The notes below the pieces were generated by a model. That model ran no database searches. It saw only the letters and a program-made list of their open reading frames with translations, and was not told where the DNA came from. Position numbers and translations under genes: made by a program. A DNA stretch of 64,000 nt, taken from NCBI GenBank assembly GCA_016748015.1, contig JAAOMT010000128.1, forward strand, positions 2,549,538-2,613,537. Direction: 5' to 3'. Below are positions 24,681 through 36,857 of the stretch, piece after piece. Each line of letters starts with the position of its first letter. Positions within the stretch are counted from its first letter, which is position 1. Origin of the DNA: Geosiphon pyriformis uo1 (Eukaryota; Fungi; Glomeromycota).

Positions 24681-24714
24681 ATCTGTGAAAATAGCTGTTC
24701 TTTATAACACTATA

Positions 24715-27651
24715 ATGAAATACGTCTTGATCTTGGGAGGTGTTATTTCTGGGATCGGTAAAGGCATAATTGCCTCTTCAACCGGTTTTCTTTTAAAAAC
24801 CCAAGGACTTAAGGTCACAGCTATAAAGATTGACCCATATCTAAATGTTGACGCTGGAACGATGAGCCCAATTGAACACGGTGAGCTCCTTTTGCGGATG
24901 TAACGCGCCTTGAAGGAAAACTTAACGATAATAGCATAAATATCCCTAGCAATCTAAATCCCAAGCATAGAAAGTTCTATCATTTTAATTATCTTCACAT
25001 CAATGGTCTTCAATATTTGGGCTTAAATTAGGCGAAATATATGTTTTGAATGATGGTGCTGAAGTTGATCTTGATCTTGGTAATTATGAACGGTTTCTTG
25101 ATATTACTTTAACAAGGGACAATAATATCACCTCCGGTAAAATATTTCAGGAAATAATTGAAAAAGAGGTTAGGAATATTGTCCTGCTTTTTTTCTTTTT
25201 TTCTAGCAATGGGTGATTAGGCAGACTCTAATTATGAGACACACCCTCTCCATCTTTACTACCAGCGGCGAGGTGATTATCTTGGCCAGAATGTTCAGAA
25301 TGTACCACATGTGACAGATGCTATACAGAACTGGATAGAGCGTGTTGCTAGAATTCCAGTAGATCAAAGTGGTGAAATCCCTGATATATGTATTATTGAG
25401 GTATAGGAACATTGAAATTATGATATAGAATATTTAGTTTTGAATTTATTAGTTAAACATCCAATTCCGTTTTTTTTGAGTTGGGTGGAACTATAGGTGA
25501 TTTCGAGTCAGCCCCATACATAGAGGCTCTTCGCCAATTTCAATACCGCGTAGGTCGTGAGAATTTCGCTGTCATTCTAGTTTCTTTGGTACCCGTGGTT
25601 GGTGTCGTTGGGGAGCAAAAAACTAAACCCACCCAAGCAACTATACGTCAATTGCGTGCTTTGGGTTTAAAACCGGATTTGGTAAAAAATAAATAAATTT
25701 TTTACAAAATCTACAAAGATAAAAAATTAATTATTAAAATTTCCATCCAGATTGCTTGCCGTTGTTCTCAACCATTAGAATCACGTCTGAAGGCCAAAAT
25801 TTCGATGTATTGCCGAGTCGCTTCTGAACAAGTATGCTTAAAGACTTTATATTTATCAAATTTATATGCCTAGCATTAATCAATCTTTATATTCTCTGGA
25901 TAAGGTCCTTTCAGTTCAAGATGTATCTTCAACCTACAAAGTACCTATGTTGCTCAAAGAACAGGGAGTACTAACTTATTTAAGAAAAAGATTACAGTTA
26001 AATGATATATGTAGAAACCCCAAATTGCGCCAATATGGTGAAACGTTGCTACGTGACTGGAATAAACTTACTCAAACGTATGTAAATTTCTTGCTGCTTC
26101 ATTAAGAGTGAAAATGAATTCATGCATCTTAATTGTCCTTTGATTCAGTCACAGTTCCCTCACAACTGTTGTCACGATTGCTCTGGTGGGAAAGTATACA
26201 TATCTGCAAGATTCCTACCTCTCAGTTGTTCAGGCCCTTGAACATGCATCTATAGCATGTGAGCGCAAGTTAATCGTGAAGGTATTGTTTGCTTGGCTCA
26301 ATTTAACTTTTCTTCACTGTTGACCACAATACTAATCTGTTAATTCACATATTAGTGGGTTGAAGCAGCTGATCTAGAATCATCCACTATTGAAAGCAAC
26401 CCTGGGAAATTTGAAGAAGCATGGGAAAATATTCGTAAAGCTCAAGGAATCTTGGTCCCTGGTGGATTCGGTCATCGAGGCTTAGAAGGGAAACTTGCCG
26501 CCGTTAAATGGGCGCGAGAAAACAAAATCCCTTACTTAGGTGTGGATCTTTGAGATATCCCAAATTATATATTTTTACATGTCTTTAACCTTAGAAATTT
26601 CTGAAATTTCAGGTATTTGCCTTGGTCTTCAAGTTGCTGTGATTGAATTTTCTCGTCACGTATGTGGTCTATTAGGTAATCTATAGATTTCTCTATAAAT
26701 CTCTAGTGCTCATTTTGTTAACATCATCCAATAATTTAATCGACTGATTTTGTTCCCCAGGTGCTAATTCGGAAGAGCTCGATCCCAATACCACCCATAA
26801 AGTTATCGTGTATATGCCTGAAATTTCACGTACGCATCTCGGGGGGACAATGAGGTTGGGATTGCGCCCAACAAAGTTTCTACAGGGGTCCGAAACATGG
26901 TCTAAAATTCGTAAGCACTGTGCGCATTTGATAAACCCACCCGTCAATACAGTAACTAATTAATTTCTATAGACAAACTATACGAATCGGATAACAACAA
27001 ATCAGTCCACCCTCGAAATCCAAACTCAAAAAGTAAGGGTAACTGTTCAATCAATAATTCACTAATCATATTCAGATTCATCATGCTTTATTTGAAAACC
27101 TCTATGTCAACCCCTATCCTTGTACAATAGAAGAACAAAAAATAATAAGTGAAAACGGCCTTATATTCGGCAAAAATGGAACAAAATCGGTCTTAAACGG
27201 GAAGAAGATAATTGGGAATGGAACATCGGCTTTGATAAGCAATCGAATTCTTGAAGAATTTACCAGTATCACAGAAAATGGAATATGTGACGGAGATAAT
27301 AGAAACCCCAGCTACTCCTGTACCACAGTAATAGAAGAGCGACATCGCCATCGGTACGAAGTCAACCCAGATATAGTTAAATGCTTGGAAGCCCAAGGGC
27401 TTATGTTTGTAGGTCGTGATGAAACCGGCAAGCGTATGGAAATTCTCGAGTTAAAAGGTACTGGATTTTTATCATGATACTCAAGGATTCCTTATTTTTT
27501 GATAACGACCATTTTTCCTGTTTTATTAGAACACCCTTTTTTTGTTGCAACTCAATATCATCCCGAATACCTAAGTCGACCTCTCAAACCTGTTCCGACA
27601 TTTTTAGGATTCATCCAAGCTTCAGCTGGGCTATTCATACGGAATTTGTAA
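24715..27651 (+). CDS. URA7: CTP synthase, 13 exons (24715-24880, 25032-25168, 25266-25400, 25481-25681, 25751-25831, 25905-26077, 26149-26281, 26356-26539, 26613-26675, 26761-26910, 26973-27032, 27131-27457, 27530-27651)
   Basis: [66 protein letters not shown] (catalytic Cys), [19 protein letters not shown] introns keep the frame. Confidence 0.96.
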
Positions 27652-28721
27652 AGATAATTCTATCAATACTGAGATGTGTCTCCAAATATGTAAAAAACAA
27701 TATGGCAATAGAAACTAATATAATTTCAGATTCAGGGTTTTTAAGACACTGAAATAAGTACCTATATCAACTCTCAAATTAGAACAAGAAATGGTCGACA
27801 TTTGAAATTTTAATTTCTAATAACCACAATTAAGATATTGATAATTAGCAAATAATTAGTTAAACATTTTCATAGTTTTTAAAAAAAAATTGTTTTACTG
27901 TTTACATAATAATTTTTTTTTTTATTCATTTAACGAGTGAGGCCCAAATGCCACCTAGCACAATCCATCAAATTAAGTGATCTAAACTAGGCGCAAATCA
28001 TGCACTTTCTACACGTGACCAGCCACTTGGGCTAATCAGAGCAATACTATGAATCTATTTTAACAGTCACAGCACTAGAAAAAAACTGCAAGGCTTATGG
28101 AAACCAAAACTGATACCATGTCTCTTTGCAATTCCAAGTAACTTGATGACATTATTAGAGAACAAAGACAATAGATCACAGATCTTGAGAAACACCAAAC
28201 CATCAAACAAAATTAGACTTTTTTTTTCCATAATTACCTTATACTTAGCTCTTATTATCCATATCTCAATATAATAGACTATTTCTAAATTTCACATCAA
28301 ATTGACTACTTTATTATTGACAATCTTAACATTATTAAAAATAAATATAATTTTTGAACACCATTCCTTAAACACAAAACTTTTATATAAGATAGTATAT
28401 ATAGCACTATTAGAAGTATACAGAAAAAGCATTTGTAAAACACAAAACAATGGCAGTTTCAAGTCTAACACAGCATCTTATTAAACTGAGCATGATTTAA
28501 GCAAAGTATTATGAAAATCAGAATTTATTAAATACACAAAAAAATAGTCAAAAGTTTCTATCTTTTTACAATGAAAGTACAATACATTAAAATATCTCTT
28601 ATTGTACAAGTATTTTTGAATAATAATTGACAAGCAATGGTACAGAGCTTTCATAAAATATGAACACAAATTAGCAATTAATTTATTTGTAAAGCCAGTT
28701 ACTATATACAAATTAAGATGC

Positions 28722-29707
28722 TGTTATCGGAGGTTTTTGGTCTCTTTTCTTCAATGTTGTTGATGTCTGTTTGCTGTGAATTCACGTTTTCTGGATGTGG
28801 TTGAACCTCCAATAACTGAATTTATCTTCAAATTATCTCCTATAATTTGAACTGCTGGGCTTATAAGTGGAATGGCCAATTCTGTGCCAGTTACTTTGTA
28901 TAGTTATGTTGTAATAAACATCAACTCTTTCCCAGAAATTGCTCATCTGAAAGCTTACTAAAATGTGTAGTTACTTTGCTGTGAAAATCAACTTTTCTAC
29001 AGGAATCTCGTCTATAGGCTACCCTAATGATTGTAATAAGAAAAGAAAAAAAAAATAAAAGAAATGTAAAAAAAAAAGTAAAACTGATGATTTCTGGAAG
29101 TTGTTTTGGATCCAGGCCTGGAGTTACTAACAGTTTACTGAAATTGGTAGCTAATCAATTTCAAAACATTAGTTGGGTTTTTGGAAATTTTCCAAGTACA
29201 ATATTTAAAGAAATTGGTTTTTCGAATTATTTGATATTTTTTTGTTTTTGTATATAAAGAATGATTCTAATTATTAAATCTAAAGTAAGATACATTTTCT
29301 CAAAGAGAGAAGCTTTTCTTTTATACAACTTGTCGTAACACTATTCTATGAACTTGAACTTTGCTATTTTCTATAATTTTGCTGAACTAAAGATACATTT
29401 TGGCAAATTACAAGTTATTTCTGTGAACTATTAGATATTTTGGCGAACTATCAATTATTTTGGTGAATTTTTTACAAATTTTGACGAACTTTTTGAATGT
29501 TACATAGTTTGGTGTATTGCATGATTGATCATCGCAATTAGGTTACATTTGTGTTATGTACAAATTGGGTTATTAATTAAATGATAATTTTGGATATTCT
29601 GCTAATGTAATAAGTGATAATTTGAAACGATAATATATGCTAATTAATGATAAGATTTATAAGGGTAATTTCATGCTAAACAATATCTTTAATTTCGTCT
29701 GGTAACA
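28722..29707 (-). repeat. 3' LTR of element C
   Basis: ~986-bp direct repeat of 46038-47022 with TGTTA...TAACA ends. Confidence 0.95.
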
Positions 29708-29741
29708 TAACCTTCTCCTCAAGACTGAGCTCCATCGAAGT

Positions 29742-30398
29742 CTAAGTACTGTTTGTAATTTCCAGATAATAATCTAAAATTATTAAAGAAATTTGGTCTG
29801 AAAATTGTTGAAATTTCAGTTTCGTGAGCTTTCCAATGTATTGAATCTTTAAAGGCTGTAAAATTGGGTTTTGTAAGATGTTTTCACAGGTGTGGAATAG
29901 GTTATAAAGTCTAAGAGCAGCTCTTAGTTTATAATAACTGTTTGTAGGTCCAGCTGTTGTCTTGAATTCATTGTAGAATTGTTTCTGAATAGCTTCTTTT
30001 GTGAGGTTTGCTGCTGTAAGCTCCTGTTTTTGTTCATGAAGTGTTTTTCCAATGTAGAAATATCTATATATTGGAGTATAGTCATGGTTTTCTTCATTAA
30101 GACACAGTTAAAGTTTTTGTTGAATAGTAGCATTTAGTAAAATACTAATAGGAATAAACATTAAATTTTCTCTTAAAACAAGCTTTAAGAGTTCTGGTAG
30201 ATGAATTCCAGAGTAACTTCTTGTGTTCTTTTTGTAGGGGTGATAATTTCGTGAATGTGGGGCTAAATTGGCAACTATTTCTGTTTGGATATAATTAATA
30301 TGTTTTCCTGTAATAGTGATAGATAATTCAAGTATTGTCTTTAAAGCTAGCATTAATTTTTGAAATATTTGTTGAATATTTTGAGGGATAGTTATTAT
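29742..30398 (-). pseudogene. ORF3 of element C (one internal stop, start codon apparently decayed)
   Basis: ITIPQNIQQIF...TITGKH...YFYIGKTLHE...LRAALRLYNLF...IGKLTKLKFQQF. Aligns with ORF3 of family A. Confidence 0.65.
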
Positions 30399-30542
30399 AA
30401 AAATTTGAGTGAAAAAAAAATAGATTGAAATTATTTTTGGTATGTGGGTTTTTATGTTATTTTTGTCTTTTAGTGTATTTTGTTTTGTTTTGTTTTTGTG
30501 AAATTATTTTTAAATTATAAGGGAATAACTAGTAAAATTAAT

Positions 30543-31928
30543 TTAAGTATTCAAGTTGGAAGATTGTTCAATGATAACTATTGGTTCTAAGTTTTGGGGA
30601 ATATCTTTGAGATTAACTAAAGGGGAATGTGTACCAATTTGTGAAATTAATAGTTCAGGATTGTTTCTGGAATAATAGTGTTTTAAACAATTTCCATGTG
30701 CAACTTTTGTTAGGATTTTGTCATCAAGTTTTAACTTGTATGATCTATTGCCTAGTATTTCATGGATAAAGAATGGTCTATCCCACTTATTTTCAAATTT
30801 TTCACTCCATTGTTTTTCAGCTTTAGTTCTGTGTAAGAGAACTTTGTTTCCAACTTTAAAATCATTAGTAACTAGAGACAATTTGTTGTCATACCGTTTT
30901 TTTTGTTGAGTTTGGAAGTGTTCAATATGGGTGGCTACTATTCGTCATTTTTCTTCCAACGTGCTAAGCAGAGTGTAGGCTCTTCATTGAAGTGTTTCTT
31001 GGAAATTGTTTTTATTAATTGGTTGTGCTGGATATATTTTTACTGTGAAATTAATTGGTAATATTGCTGTCCTTCTGTAGGTTAAATCAAATGGTGTGTG
31101 TTTTGTGGTATTTTGTTTTAGTGTTCTGTATGCTAGTAACACTGATGGAATAAAGATATCCCATTCTTGCTTAAAATCAGTTAAGACTTTGGCTAATGAC
31201 TCACACAATGTTCTGTTAAACCATTCCACAAGTCCATTTGTTTGTGGATAGTAGGGCGAAGACAGAGGTCTTTTGACATTGAATCGTTTGCAAATTTCTT
31301 GTATCAAGTTGTTCACAAAGTATGTCCCCTGATCGGATAAAAGTTCAATTAGACATCTGTGTCTACAAATAATGTTTTTGTAGATAAAATTTGCTACTGA
31401 TTTCGCATCTGCTCGTTGAATGACTCTGGCTTTGGGCCATTTAGTAAAATAGTCTACAGCTACTGCAATATAATGGTTTTCTTGAGTGGTAATAGATTGT
31501 GGTCCGACTAAATTAATACCAACTCAGTCAAAGAGTTGTCCAACTTTAATTGGATTTAATGGTTCAGTAGAGCATGTTCCTCCTCTTCTTTGACAATTAT
31601 CACAAAATTCAACATATTCATGAATGTCTTTTCTCATTCGAGGCCAAAAGTAGTATTCTAATGTTCTTTGGGTGGTGCTATTTTTTCCGAAGTGTGCTGA
31701 TAAAGGATCTAAGTGCATGTTGTATAATATGGTCTCTTTTTCCTGTTCTTGTATTAATCTAAGTGGTTTGTTTGGGTTTTTGAAATTTCGATGATAAATA
31801 ATGTTGTTGTGTAGAAAATATTGTTTGGCTTGTTGTTGTAGTTGATGTTTTTTATTTGGAGACCAATCTGTTGGAATTGTTAATGTTTCCAAATATTGTT
31901 TGAGATTGTTGTAGTTTTTTGAATTCAT
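30543..31928 (-). pseudogene. Integrase of element C (separate ORF)
   Basis: MNSKNYNNLKQYL, SAHFG..YFWP..CDNCQ, DYFTKWP, SDQGTYF, YPQTNGLVE, KWDRPFFI. Confidence 0.92.
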
Positions 31929-31980
31929 TGTTTGTTGGCTCTTTTGATTGGTTAAGTTGAGTGTTGGTTTTTTGTGTTTT

Positions 31981-33390
31981 CTAATCTTGTCTCATTCTGG
32001 AGAAACAGTCAACATTGGTGTGGAGTTTTCCTGGTTTGTGATGTACTATGTATTGATAATTTGCTAGAAATCCTGTCCATTGGGTTTGTTTTGCATTCAG
32101 CTGAGTATTTTTGTTCTGAAGCATTTGAGTCCAATATTATCGGTGATAATATCAAATTCCTTTGGCCGAAGATAAAGGTTGAAATGATGTAGGGCCCAAA
32201 TTACAGCTGCTGTTTTCAATTCAGTGGCAGGATAATTTTTTTCAGCTGGTTTTAATGTTTTACTAGCATAGACGATTACTCGCTCATTTCCATTGTCATT
32301 CAGTTGTGATAGGATAGCACCAAAGGCAGTATAAGAGGCATCTGTTGCTAATTGGAATTGGTTGCTGAAATCTGGATAGACGAGAATTGGAGCTGTTATT
32401 AGTTTTTCTTTGAGGATTTCAAATGCATTTTGGCATTCAGCAGTCTATTTGTATTTGATGTTTTTGGTGGTAAGCTGGTTGAAAGGTTTTGCAATTTCTG
32501 AGAATCCTTTGATAAACTTCCAATAATAGGAGACTAACCCTATAAATCCTCTTAGTTCTGTAGTGTTTTGAGGAGTTTTGAAGTTTTTAATAGCACTGAT
32601 TTTTCCAGAGTTCGGTTTGATTCCATCTTTACTAATAATATGACCAAGGAAGACCAAGCTTGTTTTTCCAAAGTAGCATTTTTTGATGTTGAGTTTTAGT
32701 CCTGCTTTTTGTAATTGTTGAAAAACTTCTCGCAGGTGTTTTAAGTGTAATTTGAATGATGGAGAATAAACATCAGTATCGTCAAGATAAATGACTACTG
32801 ACTTCCAAAGGAGTCCTTGGTACACAACATCCATTAATCTCTGAAATGTTGCTGGTACATTGCATAATCCAAAAGGCATTACATTGAACTCGTAATTTCT
32901 GCCTTGGGTGGTGAATGCTGTTTTGGAGCGATCTTTGGGATTCATAGCAACTTGCCAGTAACCGCTTTCCAAATCTAGTGTTGAAAAGTATTTGGATTTT
33001 CCAAGGGCATCTAACATGTCATTAATTTGGAGAAGAGGGTAAGCATCTCCAATTGTAACACTGTTGAGTTGTCAATAGTCAACACAAAATCATATCTTTC
33101 CATTTTTTTTTTTAACTAGCACTACAGATGAAGCCCAAGGACTTATGGAGAGTTGGATGAGCCCATTGTTAAGCATTCGTTGTACTTCTTTTTGGATGAA
33201 TTGGTGGCTTTCTGGAGCAACTCAGTAGGCTTGTTGTCGCCTTGGTTTGGCATTTTCTGTGTAGATTTGATGTTGAACCAAATTGGTTCTTCCTAAGTCA
33301 TTGTTGTTTTCGGCAAAGATATCAGCAAATTCTGCAATTAGCTCTTTGAGCTGGTTTTGTTGTTGTGGTTCAAGTCGTCCCATGTTGATT
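31981..33390 (-). pseudogene. RT and RNase H of element C
   Basis: FSTLDLESGYWQV, MPFGLCNVPATFQ, IYLDDT, ATDASYTAFGAIL. Ends NVDCFSRMRQD*. Confidence 0.93.
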
Positions 33391-33818
33391 CAAGATAGTT
33401 TTTCTATGACAACATGGTAGTTTTCAGAGCTGGGGTTTGGGTTGATTTTTGGTAGTGAATGTCCAATAATTTCAGAAAAATCAGGGACTGTTTGAGGTAA
33501 TTCTTGCTGAAATATATTACTGTGAATAACTCCAATTTCTAAATTATTTAATAAAACTATGGAGTAATTGTTGGGGTTGTAAAAAGTAACTCGAACTTTC
33601 TTTGTTTCTTCTGAAATATAAATGTTTGGAATTGAAATATTATGTTCCAAGCAGACTTGTTTATTGGACTCAAAAATTTGTTGTGTGGTTGTTGGCTTTG
33701 GGCAGGTGTAGATTTTCGGATGTTCTCCAAAGGGTGAGATGGTAATTGGTTGTGGAAGTTTGAGAATCTGGTGGGATTCGTTCTGTGTGTTAAGAGCTAT
33801 ATTAACTGGAACTGTGAA

Positions 33819-34240
33819 TCATCCAGTTGAACCAAAATCTTGGGTTCCTCTATCACTTTTTCCTAATTGTTCTCTTTGATTGACTAGTTGCAAACCTGAA
33901 ATGTTGATTAGGGGTAGGTAAATAGCTTGGGCAATTTTTTCAGCATGTTTGATCTTGAATGGTTTGTCAGTTTCATTTTGAAGCATTACTGTAATGTCTC
34001 CCGTATATCCAGCATTGATTATTCCTCTTCTGACATTGATTCCTTTGCTTGCCAGAAAGGACCGGGAGGTGATTTGAACCATTGCTCCTGGCGGGATTTC
34101 GAGTGCAATTTTGAGGTTGATTTTTGTGAGAGATTTGGGTTTGAGAACAAGAGTATCCTTGCCTGGATATCTTAGGTCATATCCAGCATCAATTTCGTGT
34201 GCTTTTTCAGGTTTTATTCCTTGTCTGTTGTTGTTGAAGT
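33819..34240 (-). CDS. dut: Trimeric dUTPase domain within pol of element C
   Basis: Motifs DAGYDL, SRS, GIINAGYTG, KIAQAI, RGTQDFGSTG. Confidence 0.92.
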
Positions 34241-34339
34241 ATTTAAGTTGTAAGACAGGCTGATTTTTGATAAAGTAGATAGGTGTTGTTTCAATTTCTT
34301 CCATTGCTTCAGGTTCTCCAAATTCAATTTCGTTCTCAT

Positions 34340-36857
34340 CATTTTTGCTGGGCAAGGGAATACTAAGAGCATAGCATTCAGGACATCACTGTTCATCACA
34401 AGGCATAATGCATTCTTTACATAGCCTAATGTTTATTTGCTCTAATCGTTGAATTTGAGCTTCTTGGGTTGGGTAGGTGTGACTTGCAATTTGGTGGTAG
34501 ACTTCTACTTCGTTTTTGTAATCGAATCTAGTTAATTCCATGGTGTATTCAATGTATTTTGCTTCCTTCATTTAATAAACATCTTCTTTGGTAGCTCCAT
34601 TAATTAATGTTATTGCTAAGTCAAAAATCATCTCAGCATCATGGAAGTAGTGATAAAGTTTGTTGAGAGCACTGTTGTATGCTGCATTAAAGAGTGTTCC
34701 TCTTTTTACTTTTTCTGAAATTGATAAAGCATATTGGCAGGTCTGATTACAGACTCCTCCTCTTATGGCTACATCAATCCAATTGCATTCTTCTGGTAGC
34801 ATATCTCCACAAGTCAAACAAAGAGTGTTGTCCCATTTTCCACTCTTTTTTATTAGATGGCCCCATCATTCTCTGTGGCAAGTCTTTGCAGTAATAACAA
34901 GTATGATTTTCATATTCTTCTTCAAGTGAAATGCAGGCTCCCATTGATGATAGTTTCTTGTGGCAGTCCTTATATTTAATGGGAATATAGGGGCGTTGTT
35001 TTCTTGGTTTGGGTTTTGAGTAAAGGATATTCCATTCAGAGGTTTCAGGTTCAGAGTGTGGGATAAAATGTTCTTGTTCTGTTTCATCAGCCCAGTTGGA
35101 CGTTGATCCAAGAGCCATGAATGTTTCAATGAGGGGTTTTTCTTTTTCTGGTTCGAATTCAAAAGCTGGGGCTTTTTCAGAGTGTTTGTTGAATGTACCA
35201 CAAGTGGCAGGTACCTGGGCGTGTTGTCCTTGGTAGGAGATTGTTAACTCTTGTGTTTCCCAATTCAGATTAGCATTGGCTTTTTGAAGCCAATCATTTC
35301 CAACAAGAGCTTGGTACTGGGATGCGTCTATTACAAGAACTTTGACTGGAATGATAATTCCATCAAGAGTGAACAGAAAATTGTCAATTTCTCCTACTGG
35401 AGTTTTTTTCATGCCATTGGCAGTGATGATTACTGTTTGAGCGGGTCGGTTGACATTTTTCTTCAACTGTTGCATTAACTGGTAGGTGATAATGCTTCTG
35501 GCAGATCCATTGTCTAGGATTAAGCGAATTGTCTTTCCTTCGACTTCTGCTTCAGTGTACATAGCCGTTATTGTTTTTTGTTCATTGGCAGCTGCATTGC
35601 TAAGCAGGAATGGTAACTCATTTGCTTCGAACTCAAAAGGGAATATATCTGAAAGGTTAGTGTTTTTAGCAATTCTGGCTGGTGGGATTGTGGTGGGAGT
35701 ATAGGAAGGGTTTTGTTGTTGTGCTGCAGTTCTACCTTCCGAAGGTGCAGTATGGTAAAAATTCTGTTCTTCTGGCATTGTTAAATAACTGGGTTGAGTA
35801 TAGTAGTGGTTGGGTCTTGGTTGAGTGGAATTTTGGAGAACTAATTGGTTGTTTGAACTGATTCTATTGTTGTTTACTTGGTATCAGTTTTGTGGTATGA
35901 ATTGATTTTGTGTAATCAGTCTTCAAGCAGGTACTTGATAATGTTGTGTGAGTGGTTGTTGGTATTGCTGTTGGATTGGCTGTGGGATGGGCTGATAATA
36001 GTTATTTTGGTATTGGGGACTTGGTGGATAGTAAACTGGTGGTGGTGGTTGATAATAAGATTGCTGTGGTGGAGGGTAACATTGATTACTCCTATTTTGT
36101 TGGTCTTGTTGTAGCTTTCTGCAATCTCTTTTCCAGTGGCCAGAGATTCCACAGTAATGGCAATTCTGAGGCTGGTTATTGAAAAGTGGTGCAAAGTTAT
36201 TTTGATTTTGTCTTTGGGGTGGTTGATATTTTTGGGGTTGCTGTTGTTGTTGATTAGTGAAATAGTTTTCAACCTTCTTTGTGAGTTGGTCAATTTTTTC
36301 CTCAGCTACTGAGCTGGTTTCTCCAATTGCCAAATATACAAGTTTTGTACAATTGGCCTCTTTTATGGCCATTTCATATCTTTTCGCATGCTATATGGCA
36401 GAGTTTAAATTTTCTGGCACATGTGAGTGAATATTTTTAATTAGTTTATCTTTTAGACCAGTGATAAATTGATCCAAGATTTGAGCATCAGAATAATAAT
36501 TGTTTGTTTCGAGTTGGCAAATTTATCTGAGAAGTTTATTGAATTTCTCAATATAAGTCATAACAGATTTGAAGGGTACTTGTTTGATATTTCGAAAACA
36601 ATTGCAAAGGGTGATGAAAATATTATTGTCAGGGAACTGTTCAAAGAAGGCTGTTTTGAAAGTGTTCTAATTATTGAATGGAGTGGCCAAGTTTTCAAAC
36701 CATTCTCCTGCTGTTCCTTTGAGAAAGTAAGGAATTGTTTTTAACATTCTGGCAGCATTCCATCCATTTGCATCTCCAGCTTTAGTAACTTGGTTGAGCC
36801 ATTCTTGGGGACTGGTTTCAATGTCTTCTCCATTAAATTCAGAAATTTTTGCTATGT
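34340..36857 (-). pseudogene. C-terminal gag, protease and Cys-rich domain of element C (gag N-terminus at 45256-45993)
   Basis: CHYCGISGHWKRDC knuckle and LILDNGSARSII protease. Joining across the D insertion restores ...EEDKITA|YIAKISEFNGEDIETSPQEWL... Confidence 0.9.

Noticed and set aside
24715-34240. CTP synthase next to dUTPase as a pyrimidine-metabolism cluster
   Set aside because: The dUTPases are internal pol domains of nested retroelements; adjacency is incidental.
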